Below are positions 49,501-59,182 of a stretch of 64,000 nt of DNA, piece by piece. Position numbers and translations under genes: made by a program. Within the stretch, counting starts at the first letter, position 1. Every line of letters begins with the position of its first letter. The stretch is taken from NCBI RefSeq assembly GCF_000981445.1, contig NC_027217.1, forward strand, positions 2,232,001 to 2,296,000, in the 5' to 3' direction. This DNA is from Babesia bigemina (Eukaryota). The notes below the pieces were generated by a model that was not told where the DNA came from, made no database searches, and was given only the letters and a program-made list of their open reading frames with translations.

Positions 49501-52500
49501 CAACCGGACAGGTCGTGCGTGGTCACGATGCCAAGCTCCAGGGCGTTCTTGATCCGCAGCGACTGCGCCTCGTTGTACTTCCGGCTTTCCAAAAGCGGGT
49601 GCGCGGTGGCCTTGGAGCCGTAGTTCTCGACCTTCAGCATGGAGGCGAACCCACCAGCGACGTTGAAGTCATACCCCAGCGTCTGGTGGAACAGCAGCGA
49701 GTTGTATTCGCCCCACCTGCGCAGCTTCGCCAGGGCGCCAGTGCTGCCCAGGCAGTGCGCGCCGTTGGGGTACTTGATGACCTCAGTGAGTTCTGGGAAG
49801 AGCTTCGGGTCCGCCGCGTGCGCAGTTTTCTGGCTGATGTTCACGTCGCGAAGCACCTGGTCGAGCGGCGGTATTATGCACGCGCCGGTGTCAACGGTCT
49901 TCTTCCGCTCCTTGGCCTTCTGCTTCCGCTTGGCGTCGGCCGGCTTGGCAGTGATGTCCGAGACCTCCTCGGTGAACGAAGCGCACTCGCTCCTCAGCCC
50001 GCACGGCCAGGGCTCGCTGTGCGCGATCTCGACAAAGTCCAGAGAGAACGGACCCCTGGACAGCCCGAAGTCGGGGAAATACGAGCTGCCGCCCAGTACA
50101 GGCGACACCTTGCACCCGCCCGCGATGCCGTTGCACGAGCAGCTGTCCTCCAGGCTCTTGCTCCTCACCACCAGGTTGCTGTTGGCGATGGTTCTCCTGC
50201 ACTCCAACTCTATAGCGCCCACGACCTTCGCAACGTCGCCGCACGTGTAAATGTAGTCCAGCACCTGGCTGCCCAGCCCGCGCTCGGCGTCCTGCATATG
50301 CAGCAGCATCTTGGTGATCAGCTGCTCGTAGATGTCGCAGAGGCTGTGGCCCACGCCGTTGCCGATGTTGACGTTGGCCACGTCGATGCCGTAGCCGGCC
50401 TTCTCCTCGTCGGTGAGCGAGCTTATGGACACGCGCTGCTCGAACGCCGCGTCGTTCCAGATGATGCTGGGCAGCATGGCCTCCATTTCCTCCTTCACCC
50501 TAATGCCCGGGTTCTTCACCTCCAGGTACGCCCGCAGTAGCTCGTGCGGCCGGATGTAGCAGAACACCAAAATGTGGTTCTCCCGCAGGAACTTGCGCAT
50601 TTGCGCCACGGTAGGCAGCTGGTATTTCGCGGCGAAGTAGCGCATGATCCGCAGCTCCTCCGCTATGGTCAGATCGTACTTGGTGTCGTAGTAGTCGAGC
50701 AGCTCGCCCTCCAGCAGGTCCGCATTCTGCGATAGCGTGCCGTCGAAAACGAAGAGGTCGCGGCACTGGTCCACCGCTTGGTTGAGCGAGCCCGCTTGCT
50801 TCGCGGCGGGGATCGCGCTGGGTTTAACCAGCGAGCTCATCTTGTTCAGCCCCAGCTCGGCCATGGTCGCGCTCGGGTTGTCAGAGATGGCCTTGAGGTA
50901 CAGGATCGTCCGGCAGTCGTGGGTGTATCGCACGCACGCGTCCCAGATGCACTCGATGAGGAACAGCGCAGACCTCTCGGACGTCGCCTTGAACTCGCGT
51001 ATGTCAGCGACGCGTTGCTCGTCCTTCAGCTGCATGCTGAGGTTCCTGCAGTCCTTGCAGAAGTACTCCAGGTGGCACCGCAGAATCTGGATGTTGCGGA
51101 ACAGGATGGTCGACGGCTCGGTCAGCATCGCCTTCAGCTCCTCGCCGGGGAAGCGGCCGTTCTCGGTCAGTAGCATCGCGGGGCAGGTTTTCTCACACCG
51201 CCTGCATCCGCAGCCGCACCACGATTTGTCGGTTTCCCACCTGTACACCGCGTTGAGCGCCATGTGCTCGCCGATCTCCTTCAGCAGCACCTCGCAAATG
51301 AGGTGGCAGAACTCCTCCTCGAAGTACCGCTCACGCTGCTGCAGGAACTTCACGAGCATCTTGCCGTCCGCGGGGAGCTTGATGCCGTTGAGCACCGTCG
51401 TGTTCTCCTTCGACGCGTGGAAGAGCCACCGTATGAACGGCCTTATCGTTTCCGCGCGGTTGATGCGCCTGCAGACCTCCTTCGCCGAAGAGGGCTGTAA
51501 CACCTTCGTGGCGTATTCCTTGGCGTTCATGTCGTTCAGCGCGCTGCTGCTGTAACCATGCGCCTCGCAGCACGGCCCAAGCTTGGGGTGCCTCTGGCCG
51601 ACCTTCCGGTTGTATATGATGTCGACGTTGCTGATGTCCAGCGCTTCCGTGTCGTCCTCCAGGAGGGTCTTGACGTCGACAAACTCGTCCTTCTGCACTG
51701 GGGCCGGCTCAGCCACTGGCACCAGGTCGACGTCCTCCGACGCTGTGTCGGCAGGTTCCGAAATGCTGCCTCTGGCAGTCACCGCGTCGTTGCTCGGCGA
51801 ACGCGGCGACATGTAGGTCGGGCTCGCGGAGCCGCGCGGCGTCATGAGCTCCTCCTCGTTGTAGTAGGGCCGCGCAATGGGGGGCTCGGCGTGCTTCTGC
51901 GCCATGAGGGCCAGCGCCGGATTCGCGATGTCCTGCTCAGTCACGCCAAGCTGCTGCAGGGTCTCGTAGTAGAGCTTGGGGTTCCACGTCTTTATGTTGC
52001 CGCTGAGGTCGATCTCACCCACTTGCAACATGTCAATGTAATCCTCGGCCACGTAAATCGCCGCCGCGCAGAAAAAGTCGCGGTGGCACTTCCACTCGGT
52101 GAACTCCATTTTCGTCGACAGCTTCTCCACCCTGCCCTCTCCGATGCGGTACCACGGACCGTCCTCCTCGGGCCTGAGCAGCAGCGAGTGGAAATTCCCG
52201 CCGTTGTTCCCAGTGCCGTCCGACCTGATGTCGCCCTCGCGCAGAATGAGGGCGTACAGCGAGTACCACTTGATGTGGGCCGGGTGCCTGGACTTTTTGC
52301 CATCGCCGTCGAAGTTGCCGAAACCGTCACTGCCCAGGTCGTCCTGCTCCTCGTCGTCTTCCTCCTCCTCTTCCTCCTCGTCCTCTTCGTCGGAGTACCC
52401 GCCGTAGTCCACTGCGCCCGCGCTCCCGCCGGAGTCGCACGTGTTGTCGCCATGGCCGCTCCCCTTCTGGCCCGCCGCCGCAGCGCTCACGTCGACGGTG

Positions 52501-54992
52501 CCGTTCCTGAAGGCGGAGCCGTCGCGCAGGTTGGTGCAGTCCAGCCTCAGCGGGATGTCGAACAGCTCGCCCTTTTTGGCGTTCTTCGCCGGGTAGAGGT
52601 AGAAGAACAGCACCTCGGGGTACTTGGTCATCGTCTTGGTCGTGTTTTCAAGCGCCTTCTGCAGCGAGTGCGAGTGCTTGCAGCGGATGTAGACGTTGGC
52701 GATTTCGTTGACGTCGTTGTGGTGGAAAAGCCCGTAGCGGTAGCTCGTGCCGGAGAACAGCGTTTTGCACGTCATCTCAAGATCGGTCTTGTCCGCGAAC
52801 TCCCACGCCGGGGGGGCCGGCGCGCCTGGGTGGAGACCGGAGTTGGGTGACGTCGGCGCCAGCTTCTGCTCCGTCAGCCGCTTCTGTTTTATGGCGCGCT
52901 TGGCCGCCGCCAGGTCCCTCAGAATCATGCTGAACAGCTCGGTGTGGATGTTTATCAGCTGGTCCTGCGTCTCCAGCACCTGCAGGTCGCTCATGTGCAT
53001 CGCCTTCAGCAGCAGCTTGATGTTCGGCGGCGGCGGCAGGATTTTGTCGAACACGTCGCCCCGGTTGCCGATGCTGAAGCTCAGCGTGCCCGGCAGCAGC
53101 TTGAAGTTCGGCTTGTACACGTCGGAGGTCCCGAAGATCTTGCTGGGCCTGGTGTCCGGGTCCTCACGCTGCTCACGCTGCACCTCGGCAGGCGCTTCCT
53201 CGGCATCCTCATCTTCACGCGGAAGCCGGTGCTTCAGCTCCCACTCGTACCGGCCCCCGTCGAAGTAGCAGCACTTCGGGTGCCTGAAGTCGCCATCGCC
53301 GGCGTTGTAACCCTTCGCGTCGCTGGGCTGCGGGAAGGGGGTGGGGATGTGCACCCTGTTCCACGGGCCAGTCTTCGGGCTGCGGCCACGCCCGCCGTAC
53401 GCGCCCTGCTGCAAGTTGCTCTCGAAACTGGAACTGGTCGACTTGTCGAGGCCGCTGAGGCTGCCCAGTGCGGCGGTGTCACTGTAGTCTAGCAGACCGT
53501 ACCCCTTCTTCACGTTCGGCAGCTTCGGCAGCAGCTCGTACAGGTAGTACTTCGACAGCTGCTGGTTCTCGATGCCGGCCAGCTTGTACGTCTTGCAGGC
53601 GGCAGCCAGCGGGTAGAGCTCCATGTACGCGAAGGTCTTCTGCAGCGCAACGATGATGCCGTTACCGCCGCTGCTGCCGTCATCAATGCCCTCCGGCGGG
53701 TTCCACATCAGCACGCGCTTCCTGAACTCCCTGATGTGGTACAGAATGTGCGTCATGAGGGCGAGCAGGTCCGCGTCGAGCGTGGGCTGCACCGCCGGTA
53801 TCACGGAGTCGAGGAAACGGAGGATGGTGTGGTTAGACACACCCGGGTACTCGTCCGGTTGCAGATGCATCAGCGTATCATCGGCGTTGATCTCCGTGTA
53901 ACCGTCGGATTCGTCGTTCGCGGGGCCGTCGGCGGAGAATTCGCCCTGGTCGGGCTGCAGCGGCGGCGCCGGCGGCGTCTGCCCCTGGATGTCGGCGGGC
54001 TGCATCGCGGGCTCGCCCACTTTCTGCTGCGCCTTCGCGTATATCCGGTGCACATTTTGCGCGTCCGCGAAGGCCCTCAATTCCTTCTCGCGCTCCTTGT
54101 CGCTGATGGCGTAGGGAGGGTCGCCGTGGGGCAGGTCGATGGCTGCATTTTTGCACATGGGCGCGTGCGACTCGTACGTGCACGTAGGGTGGCACGGGAC
54201 CGGATCGGGCAGCGACGCCGACCGCTTGCACTTACCGCTGGCGTGCTTCTCCTCGTGCGCCTCGGCCGATATTTCGCGCTGCGCCCTGTTGGGGATGTAC
54301 TCCCACATCATCTGCGGGTGGTACAGCGGCGAGTTGGACCACAGCATGGGGTACGGCGGCTCAGCCTTGCCCCTAACCAGCACCGTGCCATCCTCGTCCA
54401 TGAAACCGCTCGCCCTCGTCAGGCGGGTGTGCGATATCATCTTCTGCCAGCCGCGGCTCGTGGCGTCGCTCGAGAAGCTCCAGTGCGCCCACGACGTCAC
54501 CGACTGCTTCGGGTCCTTGAAGTTCACCACCGTCAGCTCGAACCGGACGTTCGGGAACACCCAGTACTGCGGGTACCAGTCCTGCACCGAAGCCTCCACG
54601 AAGACAGACAGGTGGCTCGCCTCACTGTCGGTGCCGGCGGTGCCGCGCGGGTGCAGCAGCAGCTTGTAGTGGAACCCCCTGCAGTGGCCTTCCATCGGCG
54701 ATTCCACGTCGTTCTGGGTTTTGGCTATGCGCCAGAACGAGCGCACGGCGAACTCCACGCCCGTGGACGTGTCGTCGTTCGCCAGGGTCGACTTCGTCTC
54801 CATCACCCCGTTGGTGCATACGTAGCAGGGGCACTGCGGGTCGTCGTGGTAGTACAGATCGGTATCTCCGCCATCTTGCGGCGAAGGCTCAGGCGAGTAA
54901 TCATCCGGGCGACGCTCCGCGGCAGGGAAGCGCCCGTTGTTCTGGGCCGCTTCCCGCTCTCCAGGGAGCACCACCTTTTGAACCTGCTCCAT
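46587..54992 (-). CDS. 2801-aa MATH-domain protein with a degenerate USP7-like peptidase C19 domain
   Basis: MATH motifs YKLLLHPRG, HLSVFVEA and SRGWQKMI. USP-like segments ILYHIREFRKRVL and YSLYALILREG..GPWYRI. Acidic tracts are present. Confidence 0.8.
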   Translation of the reverse strand: MEQVQKVVLPGEREAAQNNGRFPAAERRPDDYSPEPSPQDGGDTDLYYHDDPQCPCYVCTNGVMETKSTLANDDTSTGVEFAVRSFWRIAKTQNDVESPMEGHCRGFHYKLLLHPRGTAGTDSEASHLSVFVEASVQDWYPQYWVFPNVRFELTVVNFKDPKQSVTSWAHWSFSSDATSRGWQKMISHTRLTRASGFMDEDGTVLVRGKAEPPYPMLWSNSPLYHPQMMWEYIPNRAQREISAEAHEEKHASGKCKRSASLPDPVPCHPTCTYESHAPMCKNAAIDLPHGDPPYAISDKEREKELRAFADAQNVHRIYAKAQQKVGEPAMQPADIQGQTPPAPPLQPDQGEFSADGPANDESDGYTEINADDTLMHLQPDEYPGVSNHTILRFLDSVIPAVQPTLDADLLALMTHILYHIREFRKRVLMWNPPEGIDDGSSGGNGIIVALQKTFAYMELYPLAAACKTYKLAGIENQQLSKYYLYELLPKLPNVKKGYGLLDYSDTAALGSLSGLDKSTSSSFESNLQQGAYGGRGRSPKTGPWNRVHIPTPFPQPSDAKGYNAGDGDFRHPKCCYFDGGRYEWELKHRLPREDEDAEEAPAEVQREQREDPDTRPSKIFGTSDVYKPNFKLLPGTLSFSIGNRGDVFDKILPPPPNIKLLLKAMHMSDLQVLETQDQLINIHTELFSMILRDLAAAKRAIKQKRLTEQKLAPTSPNSGLHPGAPAPPAWEFADKTDLEMTCKTLFSGTSYRYGLFHHNDVNEIANVYIRCKHSHSLQKALENTTKTMTKYPEVLFFYLYPAKNAKKGELFDIPLRLDCTNLRDGSAFRNGTVDVSAAAAGQKGSGHGDNTCDSGGSAGAVDYGGYSDEEDEEEEEEEDDEEQDDLGSDGFGNFDGDGKKSRHPAHIKWYSLYALILREGDIRSDGTGNNGGNFHSLLLRPEEDGPWYRIGEGRVEKLSTKMEFTEWKCHRDFFCAAAIYVAEDYIDMLQVGEIDLSGNIKTWNPKLYYETLQQLGVTEQDIANPALALMAQKHAEPPIARPYYNEEELMTPRGSASPTYMSPRSPSNDAVTARGSISEPADTASEDVDLVPVAEPAPVQKDEFVDVKTLLEDDTEALDISNVDIIYNRKVGQRHPKLGPCCEAHGYSSSALNDMNAKEYATKVLQPSSAKEVCRRINRAETIRPFIRWLFHASKENTTVLNGIKLPADGKMLVKFLQQRERYFEEEFCHLICEVLLKEIGEHMALNAVYRWETDKSWCGCGCRRCEKTCPAMLLTENGRFPGEELKAMLTEPSTILFRNIQILRCHLEYFCKDCRNLSMQLKDEQRVADIREFKATSERSALFLIECIWDACVRYTHDCRTILYLKAISDNPSATMAELGLNKMSSLVKPSAIPAAKQAGSLNQAVDQCRDLFVFDGTLSQNADLLEGELLDYYDTKYDLTIAEELRIMRYFAAKYQLPTVAQMRKFLRENHILVFCYIRPHELLRAYLEVKNPGIRVKEEMEAMLPSIIWNDAAFEQRVSISSLTDEEKAGYGIDVANVNIGNGVGHSLCDIYEQLITKMLLHMQDAERGLGSQVLDYIYTCGDVAKVVGAIELECRRTIANSNLVVRSKSLEDSCSCNGIAGGCKVSPVLGGSSYFPDFGLSRGPFSLDFVEIAHSEPWPCGLRSECASFTEEVSDITAKPADAKRKQKAKERKKTVDTGACIIPPLDQVLRDVNISQKTAHAADPKLFPELTEVIKYPNGAHCLGSTGALAKLRRWGEYNSLLFHQTLGYDFNVAGGFASMLKVENYGSKATAHPLLESRKYNEAQSLRIKNALELGIVTTHDLSGCEGFASEEKLVPTKRLLVYHEYVSPKTGKKVPVKVEHLYWGLRRLLQQQVPADVDSVFVQASKGKKAKGSAKCICGGRCDSDEYECTLNMRWKALPRDCFVLYALRPDNNNPIRRGRRRFTFMHPDSELSQYVDGTKKQVNPKTPDLVVLIVGAPLSLCSTPSTPFPLTDDTDYPLLLFKWMCSDSVDLICYGAVICDAKKQLQHYIFDWLLPLVRETGMLPKLAPNEKEDIEKYQILEECSVRTVQNVRRWSCAIRKINKRTGDIIIAQVKRLTDSPATLKLRETTAFLHTLREIEELEALEYLPPAVHVDDIVDPGKAKVDSIEPLPKAVEDPQKLGKKKKKKKVTKTAIPSNKKSTFSKSIIPVESDSEGSVAEPSQQEDTAPSAEETLASEPDVEKITDVGVAGKQPDSGAPAKDDDEDEDDEDDDDDDDDEEDDDVEEAESASATVVEEMRDEPYAEEAAEVVDIASLVDDAIAAVASSRTVVDRSALEKRGLPSGRMQDFLQKVDMPNLLSNDSEMVTQMCGYIQKVIEGELALVVPPVSSPSRDQIVITVGSKVRTCIDILLCLIRCMNKNGWLISSFRNIINAVYDQAPLSAAAMACYILSAMGNICIMENMKSKPATEFVRDLVKKMADQCVEHAWSVFGSTDEKWTVTSMLMCLYIYSAANENIAKICDQNPSLIFLMHVVREKLAGVQEADEEERSAPVTFRMDALERFLGGPGYAAAVTASLADQVQKAPGLMAAFKNAQPPFSNDELLMAFERITLQEQKIWWQTREALLANIKALLEHGVVTFVAVMGDAESQRSRHVDNSLPLEISLAEFKCLQQCCSRYPNDLGIATAGGLIHAGPRSAISTGHYHPAGDAASVVDAVAALSQLVKSRSRHRAVANVALDEGDQTSVFASLDDMRLWGNQTTLVIMSVRLSGTLDSVSTADVDAILQHYYARTVRTIPPPPRLPPQQPQMVGNHV

Positions 54993-56179
54993 TGCTTGCT
55001 GTGCCCACTAATAACGGCAACTTTCCGTAGCAGGGCGTTTCATTTCAGGTTGCGATTGATATATCTCTTGACGGCGGAGCTGCCGGCGGCGTTTGACCGA
55101 GCGTCACCGCCACGACATACGCAGCGCCAAGACTCGCAACCACCTGTCTGGGTGGATTCCTGACACCAATGTGCACTTCTAAATGCCCCTAGTGCCCATG
55201 CAGGTGCCAGCAGGTACCGGGAAGGCGCTTGAGTCACCGACTCCGTTGCTTTGTGACCGTCTCGTCGATCGCTCCCCGGCAGCGTCCCAGACGTAGCGAT
55301 AAGCGATTCCTTCGGCGTTGATACGGTTGATAAAATACGCTAGTTGTTTATGTGACTGTGGCTTCCCTGGGTAGGCGCAGACCCGGGCGTGTGACGGGAC
55401 TTGGGATGGGGGAGGTGGTTATCGCCGTTGAGCAGGGGTGTGCTCCATTTCACGCAATTTAAACTGCCGATTCGCTATTATGCGCGTGCCAGTCGATATA
55501 ATGCAATCGTGTCCGTTAGATTGTACCGCCCAGAGAACCGTAGACGCCGTTGTCTCTTTGCGCGGCTCTCGACCCGCTCGTATTAGACAGGCCGGTGAAA
55601 CGGAGATTACGAAGACTTGTTAGATACCACTGAAGTTGTCAACGCTACGCTGACGCTATACGTGGCCGAACCAGCTTCTCAAGGCGCAGCCTCGGCACAG
55701 GGCCACTGTCACCGTCGAGTTATGTACAGCAGCCGCAATGCCGCCTAAGGGTGATGATACGCATTTGGCACTGCGGCCGCTGGCTAATCACGATAGATAG
55801 AGCCCGAATCACGTATTAACATGCTGCTAGTGCGGCGCTGACCGACCATGCAGACCCAGTATGTTATACCGCCCACCGCCGCTCTTAAAAAGAACCTCAA
55901 ACGACGCAAATGCCGTTATCACAACTAAAGGCTAAGCAACCACGCTGTATCGCCGTAACCGGACGCTGGGTGCCTGCAGCCACGCAACAACACCGTGGCG
56001 ACGCCAACCAGCGGCAGACGATGGCAGCAAAGGCCGACAAAACACGCAAATCGCCAGCTATGTGACGCAATAACCAAACACGCAACGCGCAGAAGGCTGC
56101 GCTGTGAAAGACGTTGCTTAATGAGGGTTGCTCATTGAAGCTGTTATTGTAGGCGCCGGAGCACCAGAAAAATTGTTAA

Positions 56180-58495
56180 ATGTGCATTGAATGCGGACGC
56201 CGCACGGCAATCTTTAGTAAAAGGCGAAAGATTGATGCGAAATGCGGCGACCACTGCGGATATGCCGGGAGGCGGGTTGGCAGCCGTCCGCCACTAGGCC
56301 ACCACGCAAACCGGGTGACAGCTCAAGCGCACCACATTGATGAGGCAGCAGCAGACGCTGGTGTCTTACGGAGCGAGTCCCGGAGACGCACACCACTTTT
56401 CTCAGCGGCTCTCGAGTGCCAGATTGGCACGTGGGAAGAGCTGTTGAGCACTTTAAGCATGTCGATCTACTATGTCGATCAGCCTTCCAGGCGCTTCAGG
56501 ATCCGCGTCCCGGTTCGCCTGGAGGTGGCTAGGGAGGATGGATCGTACGTCTTCCCGCACATAACCGGCCATTTCATGGATGTCATGAATCTGATCCCGT
56601 CAGGATGTGCAGCGGACTCGCCAGAGTTCTCGGGCATATACCGCTGTCACTCTGCCGACGTCTCCGAGGCCGTCGAGCAGCTGCTGAAGAGCTTCGTGCG
56701 CAAACTCCTGATGCTAGGATGCTTGTCGCAGAATATGAGCTGGAAGGCAACGTGCAAGGTCGGGTCGGTGATTCCTTTCGGCGGCCGGATGCGGGTGGCA
56801 CCGACGGTCTTATTCCCTTTGCCGTTTCCCCTGAGCCCGTTCCTGGCCGGTGTTCGCTTTACACCCAGCTTGGTGAGGCTAATAGACCACGTCAGCTGCA
56901 ACGAACAATGGCTGAGCTCGGCGTTGGAGCCACTGCGTGAGGTGGATCCTTTCATGGCGCAGCTGCTGGACATATGCCGTGACGTCTACCTGTCTGGCAA
57001 GCGCCGCCTGCGGGACGACGTGCGTGCCTACATTACCAGGGCTGACTACCTGCTGCACCTGGCTGAGCTGCAGTCTGCGCCCAGCAACGCGTCCAGCTCG
57101 GGCAGGATGGAGCACTGCCGAACATGCCACTACGACGTGTGCCTCTGTGAGCTGCGCAACATCGTCGGGGGCACCATCGGCAGCAACGCCGGTTTGATGA
57201 GGTCGTTTGAAACGCTGCCAGGCGTGTACATGAGGATGGTGGAGGTGAACACGGTATCGTGCGCCCTGGCCCACCTGTCCGAGCTGGTGTCCCGAGCCCA
57301 CAGCGACTGCGTGGACGGGATGCTGCGGCAGCGCCTTGCAATCGGCAAGATGGACCACATGGGCATGATCTCCGGGTTCCACAAGCTCCACCTGCAGAAT
57401 TCGCCCCTGGGGGGCATCGTGGACACCCTCGCCACGGCGCACGAACATTACGTGAAGCGGCACTGCAGCCTCATGCACGACATGCCGCCGTGCATTTTGC
57501 AGGTGGTTACGGAGGAGCTCGGCAACTTCTTCGACGTCTACGCTGTGGCGGACGTGCTCGTGGAGAACTACGGCGTCACCGTCAAGGTGGTGACCATGCG
57601 GGAGCTGTGCCGTTGGCGCCGCGAAGGGAGGCTCTTCGTCCAAACCGCTTCAGACTCCCCGGTACACCTGGTGGAGCCCAAGCGCCAGTTCAACCCGGAC
57701 AGTGAGGGCAATCCAGGCCGCCTCTTCATCGCGTGCCCGCCGTTGAACGGCAGCGGCCAGAACGAGGTCATCGTTAGGGAGGTCAGCGTGATTTACTATC
57801 GCAGCTGCTATTCTGACGACGAAATGTCGTGCGATCGCGACAGCTGGGACGTGCGACGCTTGTTTGAATTCTCCGATGCCGTCAAGGTGCCATCGGTCCC
57901 GGCGCAACTGGCCGGCAGCAAGCGCATCCAGATGCTGCTCTGCGACCCCGCCGTCCGGGCGCAGTTGTCAACGGAGGACACGCTGCCGCCAGACGTATCG
58001 CCTACTGGCGCGTCGATATCGCCGGTGTCAGCCGCACTGAACACCTTCAGGAGCGTCAACGTACAGCAGGTGGACCCCTCGCTGGACGCCCACGAGGAAA
58101 TAGTCAAGGCGGCGATAGAGGCCCCCGCGGGGTTCGTGCTGAAGTCGCAGGCGGAGGGCGGCGCCGAGCTCTATACACACGACAAGCTGGCGGAGGTGCT
58201 GCGCAACGGCATGGAAAACGACCGCAGACAGCTCGCCAGATACGTGCTGATGCGCCGCATCAAGCCGCCGGTGCAGCGCGCGGCGTTCGTCAAGGGAACC
58301 GAGGAAGATGGCTTCACGCTTAGCGTCGAGCGCACGGTGACGGAGATCGGCATCTACGGCTGCGCCGTCTTCTCAGGGAAGCGCGTTCTCGCGGAGGAAT
58401 GCAGCGGCTACCTGGCACGGACCAAGAACGAGTCCACCGCCGGCGGCGGAGTCTGCGCCGGGCACGCTGCAGTGAGCTCTTTATTGTTCTTCTAA
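56180..58495 (+). CDS. GSS: glutathione synthetase (eukaryotic ATP-grasp type); start uncertain
   Basis: RADYLLH, VEVNTVS, VIYYRSCY, QLAGSKRIQ, FVLKSQAEGG, YVLMRRIKP, EIGIYG and GYLARTK..GGVCAG. Confidence 0.9.
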   Translation: MCIECGRRTAIFSKRRKIDAKCGDHCGYAGRRVGSRPPLGHHANRVTAQAHHIDEAAADAGVLRSESRRRTPLFSAALECQIGTWEELLSTLSMSIYYVDQPSRRFRIRVPVRLEVAREDGSYVFPHITGHFMDVMNLIPSGCAADSPEFSGIYRCHSADVSEAVEQLLKSFVRKLLMLGCLSQNMSWKATCKVGSVIPFGGRMRVAPTVLFPLPFPLSPFLAGVRFTPSLVRLIDHVSCNEQWLSSALEPLREVDPFMAQLLDICRDVYLSGKRRLRDDVRAYITRADYLLHLAELQSAPSNASSSGRMEHCRTCHYDVCLCELRNIVGGTIGSNAGLMRSFETLPGVYMRMVEVNTVSCALAHLSELVSRAHSDCVDGMLRQRLAIGKMDHMGMISGFHKLHLQNSPLGGIVDTLATAHEHYVKRHCSLMHDMPPCILQVVTEELGNFFDVYAVADVLVENYGVTVKVVTMRELCRWRREGRLFVQTASDSPVHLVEPKRQFNPDSEGNPGRLFIACPPLNGSGQNEVIVREVSVIYYRSCYSDDEMSCDRDSWDVRRLFEFSDAVKVPSVPAQLAGSKRIQMLLCDPAVRAQLSTEDTLPPDVSPTGASISPVSAALNTFRSVNVQQVDPSLDAHEEIVKAAIEAPAGFVLKSQAEGGAELYTHDKLAEVLRNGMENDRRQLARYVLMRRIKPPVQRAAFVKGTEEDGFTLSVERTVTEIGIYGCAVFSGKRVLAEECSGYLARTKNESTAGGGVCAGHAAVSSLLFF

Positions 58496-59182
58496 GCGGT
58501 CGTTATTGTACGTTCGAAGTGGATGTGCGGCCGGCACTGCTTAGGTGCGCTGCGCAGCAGAGGCAACAACGGCATGGTTGCAATAGCAAGTCGAAGATCA
58601 GGCATATATTTCAACAGCATTTTAATATTTCCATGCGTATGGTCGCAAAGTGAGCTGTGTGTCGTTATGCGCGTTTTTTGGCTTCCTACTCCGACGGATG
58701 TGTAAGCACTCCTGAGCAGTGTTCCCTCTTGGCGCGATATCCCGGGGGCACTGGCCGAGTTCCTTTCATTGGTAGCTTACAAGACAACTGACTGCAACAG
58801 AAAATCTTATGCCGGTTGCGAGGTGAGTTTTCAGTGGTGCGAACTGATACGCTGTGGATGCATTCTCCTCGGCTGCAGATGTGTATGCCTTTCGGGGCTG
58901 TTGCGGAATACGCCAATCGCATTTTGCAGCCCTTCGTAACCCCGTGCACCTTTTAATTCCGCATTTTTACAGTAGTGCGAGTAATGCTGCGAATGCGCTG
59001 CAGTCACTGTGCCAGCGGCGTTGACATTTATTTCACACGGTGCCGCTTCATGACTGATTGACGCTATCGCGTCACCCTGTGTGTAGTGTCTTATGTGTTC
59101 CATATCTTTGACCGATTTGGTTGTTACATTGCGTTGCAGGCCGGGCTTTTAAAGGAAACGTCACTTCACGCCATTTTACACG

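Noticed and set aside
46593..55163. Many long plus-strand ORFs opposite the MATH-USP gene
   Set aside because: These are expected shadow ORFs in high-GC3 coding DNA, with antisense-type composition.
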